Shown here: positions 41,177 through 51,760 of the stretch, piece by piece | How positions within the stretch are numbered: the first letter of the stretch is position 1 | Layout: every line of letters begins with the position of its first letter | Assembly: GCF_014697575.1 (NCBI RefSeq) | Contig: NZ_JACJSC010000008.1 | Span: 29,075-93,074, forward strand | Length of the DNA: 64,000 bases | DNA from: Planktothrix sp. FACHB-1365 | GTDB lineage: Bacteria > Cyanobacteriota > Cyanobacteriia > Cyanobacteriales > Microcoleaceae | Reading direction: 5' to 3' | Notes under the pieces: generated by a model | The model's database searches: none | Told to the model about the DNA's origin: nothing | What the model saw: only the letters and a program-made list of their open reading frames with translations | Made by a program: the position numbers and the translations under genes

Positions 41177-41421
41177 TGTAGGGGCGGGTTCGCCTGAATA
41201 TTTGACAGCCATCAACAAATTATAAAAACCCGCCCCAACCCCACCGAAAAATTAACAATTAATTCAATTTAATGGTTATTCAGTGATAGTGATTTGGGAT
41301 TATTTTTTGGATGGGGGCGGGTTTATTAAGATTATCGGTGGGTGACATAATTTATCGGTGGGGGCGGGTTTATTAAGGTTATCGGTGGGTGACATAATTT
41401 ATCGGCGAACCCGCCCCTACA
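41177..41421. mobile_element. MITE-like non-autonomous element with perfect 18-bp terminal inverted repeats
   Basis: tgtaggggcgggttcgcc at 41177..41194 and its exact reverse complement ggcgaacccgcccctaca at 41404..41421. Interior holds a 49-bp tandem duplication (gggggcgggtttattaag…ttatcggtgggtgacataatttatcgg x2), an inverted copy of the gcggg core, and no ORF. Confidence 0.5.
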
Positions 41422-41449
41422 AATTTTACCCATTACCCATTACCCATTA

Positions 41450-41599
41450 TTACCGTAGACGTTTTTCATCTTCTCTACGTCTGCGATCGCGCCATTCTGC
41501 GAGGGTTAAATAAATCACACCCCCGGTAAAAATTAGCAGCAGCGAGAAAGCAACCAGTACCAAAATATCAACAATTGTCAACTGTTGTAAAACTTCCAT
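41450..41599 (-). CDS. Unannotated 49-aa single-TM protein
   Basis: ORF MEVLQQLTIVDILVLVAFSLLLIFTGGVIYLTLAEWRDRRRREDEKRLR, below the 60-aa cutoff of the ORF track. Hydrophobic helix plus basic tail. No SD checked. Confidence 0.3.
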   Translation of the reverse strand: MEVLQQLTIVDILVLVAFSLLLIFTGGVIYLTLAEWRDRRRREDEKRLR

Positions 41600-41710
41600 A
41601 GGTCAATTCAAAAAGCAGTTTTTATCTATTTTAATTCAAAATGTAGGATAGATGACATCAGTTTATTGATAATCACCCCTCCTACACCCCAGAAACCGAG
41701 TTTTTACTGT

Positions 41711-43414
41711 TTAAACCGCAGGTAACTCATCTAAAATGGTAAACCGAACATGATTAATGGCTAAGGTTCCCACAGAGACTTTTTCTCGGTCAACATCAAC
41801 CCCTTGATTTGTTAATCGTTGAAAGCGGATTCCTTTGCCAATTTCAATATGATACCAAGCTAATCCCATAAAAAACCGCAACGGATAGGGCCCTCCTTCT
41901 TGAATATCATCCGGGTTTGATTCCATGGGAACCCAACCGAAACCCGGAATATAAAATTCCAACCAAACATGATTATATTCAGGTTCTAAAGAAACCCCTC
42001 GACGGTCAGCAAATTGCGGACATTTATACCGTCCAATGGTGCGACAAGCAATGCCATTTAATCGGGCTAAAGCTAATAAAACCCCCACATATTCCCCACA
42101 AGAACCAATCCCTCGCTTCAAAACCACATCAGGATTTTCAATCTTAGAAGTCAGACTATAGGATAACTGATCATAAACATAATTGCGAATACTTAAAAGT
42201 TGCCGTAAAAAATTTGTTTCATGGCGAATCGCAGCTTGTGCTGCTTCTTGAACAATAGCCGTATTCATCGCTAAATGATCATCATCGACTAAATATTTTT
42301 GGGGGAAATCCGGTGACAAACGAGGAATATTTTCCACCTGACGAGGATTAATTTGATATTTAATACTTCTAACTTCCAACACAGCTTTCCAACCAAAAAT
42401 TAAACGTTCTGTTGAAGTTAACGGATTAAATCGGAAAACCGCGACTTTTTCCCCCTCTTCAATTTCTTCCCTAAAGGGAATCCCTATATAAGATACCTGT
42501 AAAACTTTTTGCCGTTTCGTATTAGACGGTAAGGCAATTCGCCATTCCAAATCTTCAATGTAAACCGCATCTAACGGTTCTAACTCTTCTACATAAGACA
42601 TCTCGATCAAATAGCCATTAGATGTGGCATAATGCTCAGATTCATTATAATAGAAAGATAAGGGATGAATAAACGTGCGATCGCGTCTTGCTAATTCAAA
42701 TTGTTCATAGGAACTGGGATTATCTCGAATATAAAGCTCATCCCCAGCATAGGCAACATAAAGAACTTCCTCACCCGTTTCAGGATCAGTATAAAAGGTT
42801 AATCCCGTGGGAGATTCAAAGGGCGTTAATACACTAAATCGCGTTTCTCCCGTTCCCCGTTCTAAACAATAAACCGTTTGTTCTTCTCGATCACAAACCC
42901 ATAATTCCTCATTTTTAATCGTGAGATTTTCCACCCCAATTCCTGGGGAATGGAAGCGGGTAATTTCCTGTCGGGTATTGCGACTATAAACTAAAATAGA
43001 AGCCAGTCGATCACAAGCTAAATAAAGGGTAGATTCCCAAACCGCAATTCCGGTGACAGCATCAGGTAATTCCAAAAACAATTTAGGCTCAAGATTAACA
43101 ATAGAATTCCCTGCAATCACCTGGGGAGCATAATAAACTTCTCGACCGCGAGTAAACCACAACGTATTATCCCAAAAAGCTAAACCTGTAACATCTCTAA
43201 ATGCTAAAGTTAAATCAGGATTAACCACCGTTGCATTATCGGTTTTGGGGTCAATTTTAAGTAAAAATCCCCGTAAGGTATCAACGGCAAATAAGGAATT
43301 TTCTACCCCAATTAACCCATATAAAGCAGAAACCCCCATCGGTCGAATTGTCCGGGGTTTAAAACCCGTATTTTGCCCCAAAGTTGGTGAGTTAAGATTC
43401 ATAGAAATTGTCAT
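41711..43414 (-). CDS. Transglutaminase-like cysteine protease domain protein with N-terminal beta-rich domain
   Basis: Transglutaminase core Cys-His-Asp region (GIGSCGEYVGVLLALARLNGIACR…YNHVWLEFYIPGFGWVPMESNPDD). Confidence 0.7.
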   Translation of the reverse strand: MTISMNLNSPTLGQNTGFKPRTIRPMGVSALYGLIGVENSLFAVDTLRGFLLKIDPKTDNATVVNPDLTLAFRDVTGLAFWDNTLWFTRGREVYYAPQVIAGNSIVNLEPKLFLELPDAVTGIAVWESTLYLACDRLASILVYSRNTRQEITRFHSPGIGVENLTIKNEELWVCDREEQTVYCLERGTGETRFSVLTPFESPTGLTFYTDPETGEEVLYVAYAGDELYIRDNPSSYEQFELARRDRTFIHPLSFYYNESEHYATSNGYLIEMSYVEELEPLDAVYIEDLEWRIALPSNTKRQKVLQVSYIGIPFREEIEEGEKVAVFRFNPLTSTERLIFGWKAVLEVRSIKYQINPRQVENIPRLSPDFPQKYLVDDDHLAMNTAIVQEAAQAAIRHETNFLRQLLSIRNYVYDQLSYSLTSKIENPDVVLKRGIGSCGEYVGVLLALARLNGIACRTIGRYKCPQFADRRGVSLEPEYNHVWLEFYIPGFGWVPMESNPDDIQEGGPYPLRFFMGLAWYHIEIGKGIRFQRLTNQGVDVDREKVSVGTLAINHVRFTILDELPAV

Positions 43415-43611
43415 GGTGATAAAATAGCGATCTTCAGTGCGTGTATGAGGTCAAACTTCAGATTAACCATCGGAAACAAAACCAAGCCTTTCCTCAAATC
43501 CGATTTCACCTCAAACATTTAAGATTAAGCACAGATTTTGACAACTTTCGCAGGAACATTGGATACAATAGTTCTGTCAAGAAATGCTACTCTGCTAATC
43601 GGTGAGCTTCA

Positions 43612-44505
43612 TTGATTATGGCTAGGCCAATGTTTTTCCTCCACCGTGCAACACTTGGACTAACGTTACTGTTGCAAATCATTTTGGGCAATAGTTTAAT
43701 TGTACCCATCGCCCATTCAGCATCTTTACCTCCTATTGAGGGAGATGGACAGCAGGGAATCACTCGCCGACAGGGGGACAGGGCTCAGAACTCTGAACCC
43801 TCCTCGCCCACGGGTAATTCACCCTTTACGAATTGGAATGCCTTTACCCCACCCCAACGGGGTGTACCGGGGCGTCGGGAAGGGGGTGGAACTCGGGGTG
43901 GAGATTGTCCCAGTCCAGTGACTGCCTTAATTCCAGAGTCTACAATGGGGCGCACCGCGTCGAAGCAACCTGCCTTTTTTCTTTATATTCCAGGGACACT
44001 CGATCAAAAGGTAACTGAATTTGAAATTACTGATGAAACCGATAAAACCCTCTATAAAACCACCTTTTCCCTCAATATTGATCGCCCTGGAATTGTGGGA
44101 ATTCAATGGTCTCCTAACTCTAAATTTATTACTTTAGAAGACAATAAAAATTATCGCTGGTATCTGACTATTAAATGTGATGTCAGTGATTCTTCAAAAG
44201 ATATTCTTGTAAGTGGATGGATTAATTCAGCCACTTTAACGAATGAGCAAAAACGTCAATTAGAAGAAACTCAAGATCCCTTAGAAAAGCTTAAAATCTA
44301 TGTTCAACAGGGGCTTTGGTATGAAACAATGGCAACTTTAGCTACCTTACGATTGGAACAATCCAGAGATGTAGTGATTAAAAATCAATGGAATCAACTC
44401 TTACAATCTATTGGTTTTGATCCGGCTTTAAAAGAAACTCAAAATGAAAAAAATAAAGCTCAGACAATTCTTGATGCGCCTATTTTAAAAATTCAAATCA
44501 ATTAA
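43612..44505 (+). CDS. DUF928 domain secreted protein
   Basis: Signal peptide, Pro/Gly-rich segment with GTRGG, then ~200-aa conserved domain (…IQWSPNSKFITLEDNKNYRWYLTIKCD…). Sits upstream of a TpsB gene, as DUF928 genes typically do in cyanobacteria. Confidence 0.55.
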   Translation: MIMARPMFFLHRATLGLTLLLQIILGNSLIVPIAHSASLPPIEGDGQQGITRRQGDRAQNSEPSSPTGNSPFTNWNAFTPPQRGVPGRREGGGTRGGDCPSPVTALIPESTMGRTASKQPAFFLYIPGTLDQKVTEFEITDETDKTLYKTTFSLNIDRPGIVGIQWSPNSKFITLEDNKNYRWYLTIKCDVSDSSKDILVSGWINSATLTNEQKRQLEETQDPLEKLKIYVQQGLWYETMATLATLRLEQSRDVVIKNQWNQLLQSIGFDPALKETQNEKNKAQTILDAPILKIQIN

Positions 44506-44715
44506 TTCAGACTCTCTTTAAAAACCGGGATTTTGACTCTAATTTTAGAGAGAAAAATTCAGATATTTTTTCAGAAGCCCGATTTTTGGGGGATTGTGTG
44601 TATTAATCCCGACCGTATTAAGTTTTACTCCTATTCACTTTTGCCTGTTTTCTAATCTAAACTAGACTAACCTAGTTAGCCACCAACTCCATCGTTCACC
44701 AAAAGTAGGCATTTT

Positions 44716-46734
44716 ATGGGTAGGAGTGAAAATCTGATTCATTTTCGTCAGTGTGGAGTGATTTTAACCAGTACCCTATTGCTGGTTTTATCCCTATTTT
44801 CTCGTCAAGGTCTTTCTCAAAATTCTTCAGTGTTAACCTCGGTTTCAGAGGAAACCCCAGATTCTCTAACAACCGATAACCAGATCATATCGGTTAAATC
44901 AACTGCATTCCTTCGCCCTTCAACCCTGACTTTCTCTGAACTCGCTTATGTCCCTCCACTTCCTCCGTTAAAACCCTTAAATTGGGGAGAAGTCTCAACA
45001 CAAAGTGATCATTCTCGTTCCTTTGCTACGACTGGGGAGTTGTGCGATCGCCAAAATTGTCCGACTTTGGCCCAAGGCGGATCAATTAATATTCCGCCCC
45101 AAGTTCCCCAACCCGATCCCAACAAAGATCGATTTTTACCACGACCTCCCATTCCGCCTAAACCGGAACCCCCCAATAACCCAGAGTTACAACCCACTCC
45201 CACTCCTAGCCCAACGCCGAACCCACCCACAGATGAAACCCCCATTCCCGTTCAAAAAATTAACGTTACAGGGAGCACAATTCTCACTTCAGAGGAAATT
45301 CAAACCTTAGTTACCCCCCTAGAAAATCGTTCTGTGACTCTGACGGAACTGCGGGAACTCGCCGATAAAATTACAGCGATTTATTTAGAACGAGGTTACA
45401 TTACCTCTAGGGCTATTGTTCCTGAACAAACCATTAACAATGGCATTGTTGAGATTCAGGTGATTGAAGGAACCTTAGAAAATATTGAAGTTGAAGGAAT
45501 CAAACGCCTCCATCCCTCTTATATCACCAGTCGCATTCGTTTAGGTGCGGAAAAACCCCTCAGTACCGCCGCCTTAGAAGATCAATTGCGACTGTTACGG
45601 ATTAATCCCTTATTTGAAAGCGTAGAAGCCAGTTTAAGGGCGGGAACCCAAGAAGGCCAAAGTATTCTAATTGTTCGAGTTGTGGAAGCACCGCCTTTCG
45701 GGGTGAGTCTGAATATTGATAACTATTCCCCCCCCAGCATTGGTTCTGAGCGTATGGGAATTAGTGTGCGTCATCTTAACCTAACAGGTCGGGGAGACTT
45801 TCTGGGACTATCCTACAATACGACTCGCTTAATTGCGGATGGTGAATCAGATATTATCGACGCTTTGTATAGTATTCCCATCAACCCCATGAACGGAACG
45901 ATACAATTGCGAGTCCAACCTTACCAAAACCGCATTATTCAAGATCCGTTTGATGCGTTGAATATTGAAGGAAAATCTCAACGTTATGAAATTAGTTATC
46001 GTCAGCCGATTATTCGTAACCCTATCACCGAATTTGCGTTATCCTTTGGTTTTGCCTATCAAGATAGTCAAACCCTTTTAGATAATAACGGAGAACCTTT
46101 TGCATCCGGGCCAGATAGTAACGGGTATACGCGCACCAGTGTTTTGAAGTTTGGACAAGATTATGTAATTCGAGATACGGAAGGGGCTTGGGCTTTGCGA
46201 TCGCAATTTAACCTGGGTTTAGATATTCTCGGCGCTACGGATGTGAGTACACCCAATGCTTCCTTTTTGAGTTGGTTAGGTCAAGTCCAACGAGTACAAC
46301 GACTAGGGGAAGATAATCTATTAATTGCTCAAGGAGATATTCAACTATCGGCTGATCCGTTATTTCCTTCCCAACAATTTGTGATTGGAGGAGCTTTATC
46401 TTTAAGAGGATATCGTCAAAATGTCCGGGCTGGGGATAATGGCTTTCGGATTTCCCTCGAAGATCGAATTACCCTGGATCGAAATCAAGACTCTGAACCT
46501 GTGTTTCAACTGGCGCCCTTTATTGATTTTGGTGGGGTTTGGAACAATGACAGAAATCCCAACCGCATTATTGGTAAAACCTTTTTAGCAGGTGCAGGAT
46601 TAGGTGTAATTTGGGAACCCGTTTCAGGGTTAAATCTCCGCCTTGATTATGGTCTTCCCCTCATTGGTATCAATGATCGAGGCAATAATATTCAAGATGA
46701 TGGAATTTATTTTAGTGTTATTTATACCCCTTAA
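44716..46734 (+). CDS. ShlB/FhaC/HecB-family two-partner-secretion outer-membrane transporter (TpsB)
   Basis: Pro-rich linker, POTRA region (INVTGSTILTSEEIQTLVTPLENRSVTLTELRELADKITAIYLERGYITSRAIVPEQ…VIEGTL) and C-terminal beta-barrel ending with aromatic residues. Confidence 0.8.
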   Translation: MGRSENLIHFRQCGVILTSTLLLVLSLFSRQGLSQNSSVLTSVSEETPDSLTTDNQIISVKSTAFLRPSTLTFSELAYVPPLPPLKPLNWGEVSTQSDHSRSFATTGELCDRQNCPTLAQGGSINIPPQVPQPDPNKDRFLPRPPIPPKPEPPNNPELQPTPTPSPTPNPPTDETPIPVQKINVTGSTILTSEEIQTLVTPLENRSVTLTELRELADKITAIYLERGYITSRAIVPEQTINNGIVEIQVIEGTLENIEVEGIKRLHPSYITSRIRLGAEKPLSTAALEDQLRLLRINPLFESVEASLRAGTQEGQSILIVRVVEAPPFGVSLNIDNYSPPSIGSERMGISVRHLNLTGRGDFLGLSYNTTRLIADGESDIIDALYSIPINPMNGTIQLRVQPYQNRIIQDPFDALNIEGKSQRYEISYRQPIIRNPITEFALSFGFAYQDSQTLLDNNGEPFASGPDSNGYTRTSVLKFGQDYVIRDTEGAWALRSQFNLGLDILGATDVSTPNASFLSWLGQVQRVQRLGEDNLLIAQGDIQLSADPLFPSQQFVIGGALSLRGYRQNVRAGDNGFRISLEDRITLDRNQDSEPVFQLAPFIDFGGVWNNDRNPNRIIGKTFLAGAGLGVIWEPVSGLNLRLDYGLPLIGINDRGNNIQDDGIYFSVIYTP

Positions 46735-46786
46735 TCCCCGTAGGGGCGGGGTTTCCCCAGCCTAACTCAGCTATCAGATGATTAAG

Positions 46787-46969
46787 CTATTTTCTCAATT
46801 GATTAAATTCTGCTTCACTAATTCCCATTTGCTTCAAAATTTGGGACAATAGCCAACCACCTATTTCAGTATTCCCATGAATTGGGATTGTTGTTGCTCG
46901 TCCATCTGGATGTTGCCAACGAGCATGACTTCCTTTGGGCTCTCCTGTACTTAGGGTGATAACGCACGC
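46787..46969 (-). pseudogene. HicA-like mRNA-interferase toxin fragment (N-terminally truncated)
   Basis: In-frame translation …GEPKGSHARWQHPDGRATTIPIHGNTEIGGWLLSQILKQMGISEAEFNQLRK* matches the HicA core (KGSH…HPDGR…TIP.H…G.L..ILKQ.G). It lacks the N-terminal ~20 aa and a start codon, and no hicB is adjacent. Confidence 0.4.
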
Positions 46970-47724
46970 TTATAATCCCGTCCTGTAAAGCTTTCCAGCC
47001 TTCATGATGGGAAAAAATTGTATCATAAAATACTTTTTACACCCTGCATTCGGGAGAGCCAACCTGAGCCAGTTTTATTGGCTCAGATTTTGGCAAGGAT
47101 TAGCTGTCTGGGTCGTGTTCATCAGACTCCGGTTTCTTCTACTCCTTCCTAAAATTGGCGAAGGTATTGTTCAAGAAACCGGGTTTTTGATCCTCTGGTG
47201 ATCTGATAATTTTGCAAAAATTAACATTTAACGGGGTGAGTTTTGATCCAGGGGTTTTTGATGGTTTTTCCTGAAAATAATCCGTACAATTGCTTAGTGT
47301 TTTTTTGAAAAAATTCCTCAATTACACCCGAAAGATTTAATATTCATCAAAATTTTACCCAAGGAAACCCTTGGTTAAGACTCCTAACCCTCTTGGATCT
47401 GGGGTGATCATTGGGGGTAACTTTTTTACCGTTGCAGACACTTCTATTTTATTTTTTTGCTTATTGTAACTATTTTTATAAAAATAGTTGTATAAAATAA
47501 AAAATATTTTTCAAATAAAGCTTGAACCTGATTCTGAGTTGATTAAATTAAAATAATTTTTTAATAAACGATAAAGCTTGATTTTATAGCTCAATCCATT
47601 AAACTTGCCCCTTTATTTTCTGGGGTAGTTATGCCAATAATGGCTGTATCGAACCAGAAAACCCACTGCTCCAGCAGTCAACCGTCAACAGTTTTTAATA
47701 AAAACCGATTAAGGAGAAGCCAGC

Positions 47725-48591
47725 GTGAAATTAGCAGTCTACGGTAAAGGCGGAATTGGTAAATCAACCACAAGCTGTAATATCTCAGCCGCTTTAGCCA
47801 AACGAGGTAAAAAAGTCCTGCAAATTGGCTGCGATCCCAAACACGACAGCACCTTTACCCTCACAGGATTTTTAATCCCCACGATTATTGATACCTTGCA
47901 AGAAAAAGACTTTCATTACGAAGATATTTGGCCAGAAGACGTGATTTATAAAGGCTATGGGGGTGTCGATTGCGTAGAAGCAGGTGGCCCTCCAGCAGGT
48001 GCAGGATGTGGCGGTTACGTTGTGGGAGAAACCGTCAAACTCCTCAAAGAACTCAACGCCTTTGACGAATACGATGTAATTCTGTTTGACGTCTTAGGGG
48101 ACGTGGTTTGTGGTGGGTTTGCTGCCCCTCTCAACTATGCCGACTATTGCGTCATTGTCACCGATAATGGCTTTGATGCCCTATTTGCTGCCAACCGCAT
48201 CGCTGCCTCAGTCCGCGAAAAATCCCGTACCCACCCTTTACGATTAGCAGGATTAATCGGAAATCGCACCTCCAAACGGGATTTGATTGAAAAATATATT
48301 GAATCCGTTCCCATGCCTGTTTTAGAGGTATTACCCTTAATCGAGGACATTCGGGTGTCCCGCGTTAAAGGAAAAACCTTATTTGAGATGGCCGAAAGTG
48401 ATCCATCCCTCAACTACGTTTGTGATTATTATCTGAATATTGCCGATCAACTGCTGTCACAACCCGAAGGAGTAGTTCCTCAAGACGCGCCAGATCGGGA
48501 TTTATTCACCTTGTTATCAGATTTTTATCTAAATCCGACTCAACCCCTTGTTCAAAGTCAGGAAGATGAGCTAGACCTGATGATGGTTTAA
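47725..48591 (+). CDS. chlL: Light-independent protochlorophyllide reductase iron-sulfur ATP-binding protein ChlL
   Basis: GTG start. [24 protein letters not shown] Walker A, NifH-like Cys ligands. 288 aa. Confidence 0.95.
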   Translation: MKLAVYGKGGIGKSTTSCNISAALAKRGKKVLQIGCDPKHDSTFTLTGFLIPTIIDTLQEKDFHYEDIWPEDVIYKGYGGVDCVEAGGPPAGAGCGGYVVGETVKLLKELNAFDEYDVILFDVLGDVVCGGFAAPLNYADYCVIVTDNGFDALFAANRIAASVREKSRTHPLRLAGLIGNRTSKRDLIEKYIESVPMPVLEVLPLIEDIRVSRVKGKTLFEMAESDPSLNYVCDYYLNIADQLLSQPEGVVPQDAPDRDLFTLLSDFYLNPTQPLVQSQEDELDLMMV

Positions 48592-48627
48592 TATGTCTAG
48601 CTATCTCAGGATGAGGATATAGAGGTT

Positions 48628-50127
48628 ATGGCTTTCTTCAAAGACTTTACCACCGCGCTTAAAGATAAGTGGTTGCAATATTACCAAGCCAATCGAGAGT
48701 GGCTGGTACTGCAAATGGATTTGAATTCAATACCGACCCCCGATGGGGGTCGAAGACCCGCCTCCTCCCTCATTTTGGGAACGATCAACGCGCTTGACCC
48801 AGAGGCAGCCCAACTCATGTTGCCCTTTTCTAAACTCAATCCAGATCCTGAAAAACTGATTGATGTTTTAGGGCTGAATTTTGATCCCGATATAGCGTTG
48901 GACATTAGGCCTACCCCAGGAGAATCTCCAACGGTAGTTGTTCCAACGCCAACTCCGGTTCCTCCGGCCCCTCCAGAGACACTGAATTTAGAGGAGGAAG
49001 TGACTCTGGTAGAACAACCCAATATAGCGGGTGCTGCCGTGGCCGTTGCCAGTGCTGCCGCTGTTGTTGGAGGGGCTGCGGTGATTGCCGATACCCTGGA
49101 TGACTCCGATGAACTCGAGCTTGATACCGAAGAAGAAATCACCATCGATGAGATGGGCCTGGATGATTCCGGCATGGATGATGATTTCGGAATGGATGAT
49201 CTGGATGCAGAGGCAATGGAGGACACTGATGTCGATGGGGATCTGGATTTAGATATCGACACAGAGACGGCTAGCGTAGCCGAGGAAGACTTTGATCTAG
49301 GGTTGGAGGATGAATCAGAAGCCGTCGGTGCTGATGACCTAGACATGGGCTTAGATTCCGATGAGATGGGTGCTGATGACCTGGACATGGGTTTAGACTC
49401 CGATGAGATGGGTGCTGATGACCTAGACATGGGCTTAGATTCCGATGAGATGGGTGCTGATGACCTAGACATGGGTTTAGATTCCGATGAGATGGGTGCT
49501 GATGACCTAGACATGGGTTTAGATTCCGATGAGATGGGTGCTGATGACCTGGACATGGGTTTAGACTCCGATGAGATGACATCCGATGATTTCGATTTGA
49601 GCTTAGATTCGCAAACGGAATCGGCTGAATTAGACATTGATACCGAATCTGATGTCTGGGACGACAACGTTAATACGGAACTGGGTGAAGACACGGAGAC
49701 AAGCGATGATATCGATTTTGGTTTGGAATCCTCCGATGATCTGGGTTCAGATGGAATGGACGATCTCAGCTTAGAGTCGGAAGTTTTAGCCGCAGATGAC
49801 TTGGATGGAGAAATCAGCCTAGAAGCTGACGACCTTGGTTCTGATGATTTAGGAGGGTTGGAATTAGAAGATACAGATTCAAGTCTGGATGATGATTTGG
49901 GTGATTTAGGATTGGAAGATAACTCTTCCGATGGCCTGGATCTCGATACCGGAGATAATTTAGACGATTTAGGATTAGGGGATGATGATTTTTCATCCGA
50001 TGATTTAGGGGATTTTAATCTCGACGATATGGGTGATTTAACAACTGGAGATATGGACGATATTGATATCGACGGATTAACCGGTTCTTCAGATGATGAC
50101 GAAATTTCCCTGTCGGATTTTAAATAA
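48628..50127 (+). CDS. Highly acidic repeat protein encoded between chlL and chlN
   Basis: ~90-aa conserved N-terminal domain (MAFFKDFTTALKDKWLQYYQANREWLVLQMDLNS…). The rest is Asp/Glu-rich, including six tandem 14-aa repeats DDLDMGLDSDEMGA. Confidence 0.6.
   Translation: MAFFKDFTTALKDKWLQYYQANREWLVLQMDLNSIPTPDGGRRPASSLILGTINALDPEAAQLMLPFSKLNPDPEKLIDVLGLNFDPDIALDIRPTPGESPTVVVPTPTPVPPAPPETLNLEEEVTLVEQPNIAGAAVAVASAAAVVGGAAVIADTLDDSDELELDTEEEITIDEMGLDDSGMDDDFGMDDLDAEAMEDTDVDGDLDLDIDTETASVAEEDFDLGLEDESEAVGADDLDMGLDSDEMGADDLDMGLDSDEMGADDLDMGLDSDEMGADDLDMGLDSDEMGADDLDMGLDSDEMGADDLDMGLDSDEMTSDDFDLSLDSQTESAELDIDTESDVWDDNVNTELGEDTETSDDIDFGLESSDDLGSDGMDDLSLESEVLAADDLDGEISLEADDLGSDDLGGLELEDTDSSLDDDLGDLGLEDNSSDGLDLDTGDNLDDLGLGDDDFSSDDLGDFNLDDMGDLTTGDMDDIDIDGLTGSSDDDEISLSDFK
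49329..49580 (+). repeat. Six tandem 42-bp in-frame repeats (gctgatgacctagacatgggcttagattccgatgagatgggt)
   Basis: Read directly. Units at 49329, 49371, 49413, 49455, 49497 and 49539 differ by a few synonymous/wobble changes. Confidence 0.85.
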
Positions 50128-50235
50128 TTTCCCGGTTTAGTTTCCCTAATTCTTAATCGAGATTAGACTTTGAATCCGCAGGATTTTAAGTCATGGATAG
50201 TCTTGTCAAATTTTGATTCACTAACATTCGATTAA

Positions 50236-51654
<1,419 letters not shown>

Positions 51655-51684
51655 TTGCTTTAGACAATGGATTAGTATAATAAA

Positions 51685-51720
51685 AAGGGTGATCGAATGC
51701 GATCGCCCTTTTTGTTGTTT
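51685..51720 (+). terminator. Rho-independent terminator after chlN
   Basis: Hairpin gggtgatcg-aatg-cgatcgccc followed by tttttgttgttt. Confidence 0.5.
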
Positions 51721-51760
51721 ATAATAAAAATATTCATATCCTTAAAAAAATAGATCAATT

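Noticed and set aside
41300-41410. Direct repeats resembling a mini CRISPR array
   Set aside because: There are only two copies of a 49-bp unit with no unique spacers, no leader and no cas genes. They are embedded inside a TIR-bounded MITE-like element.
47004-47321. Two short overlapping ORFs in the long AT-rich region upstream of chlL
   Set aside because: They lie in the chlL promoter/5' leader region with low-complexity translations, more plausibly regulatory DNA than coding.
48681-49694. Long minus-strand ORFs (337 aa and 103 aa) antisense to the acidic repeat protein
   Set aside because: They are generated by the in-frame 42-bp tandem repeats and the low-complexity GA-rich sense sequence. 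Their serine-rich translation has no start context or motif, so they are artefacts.
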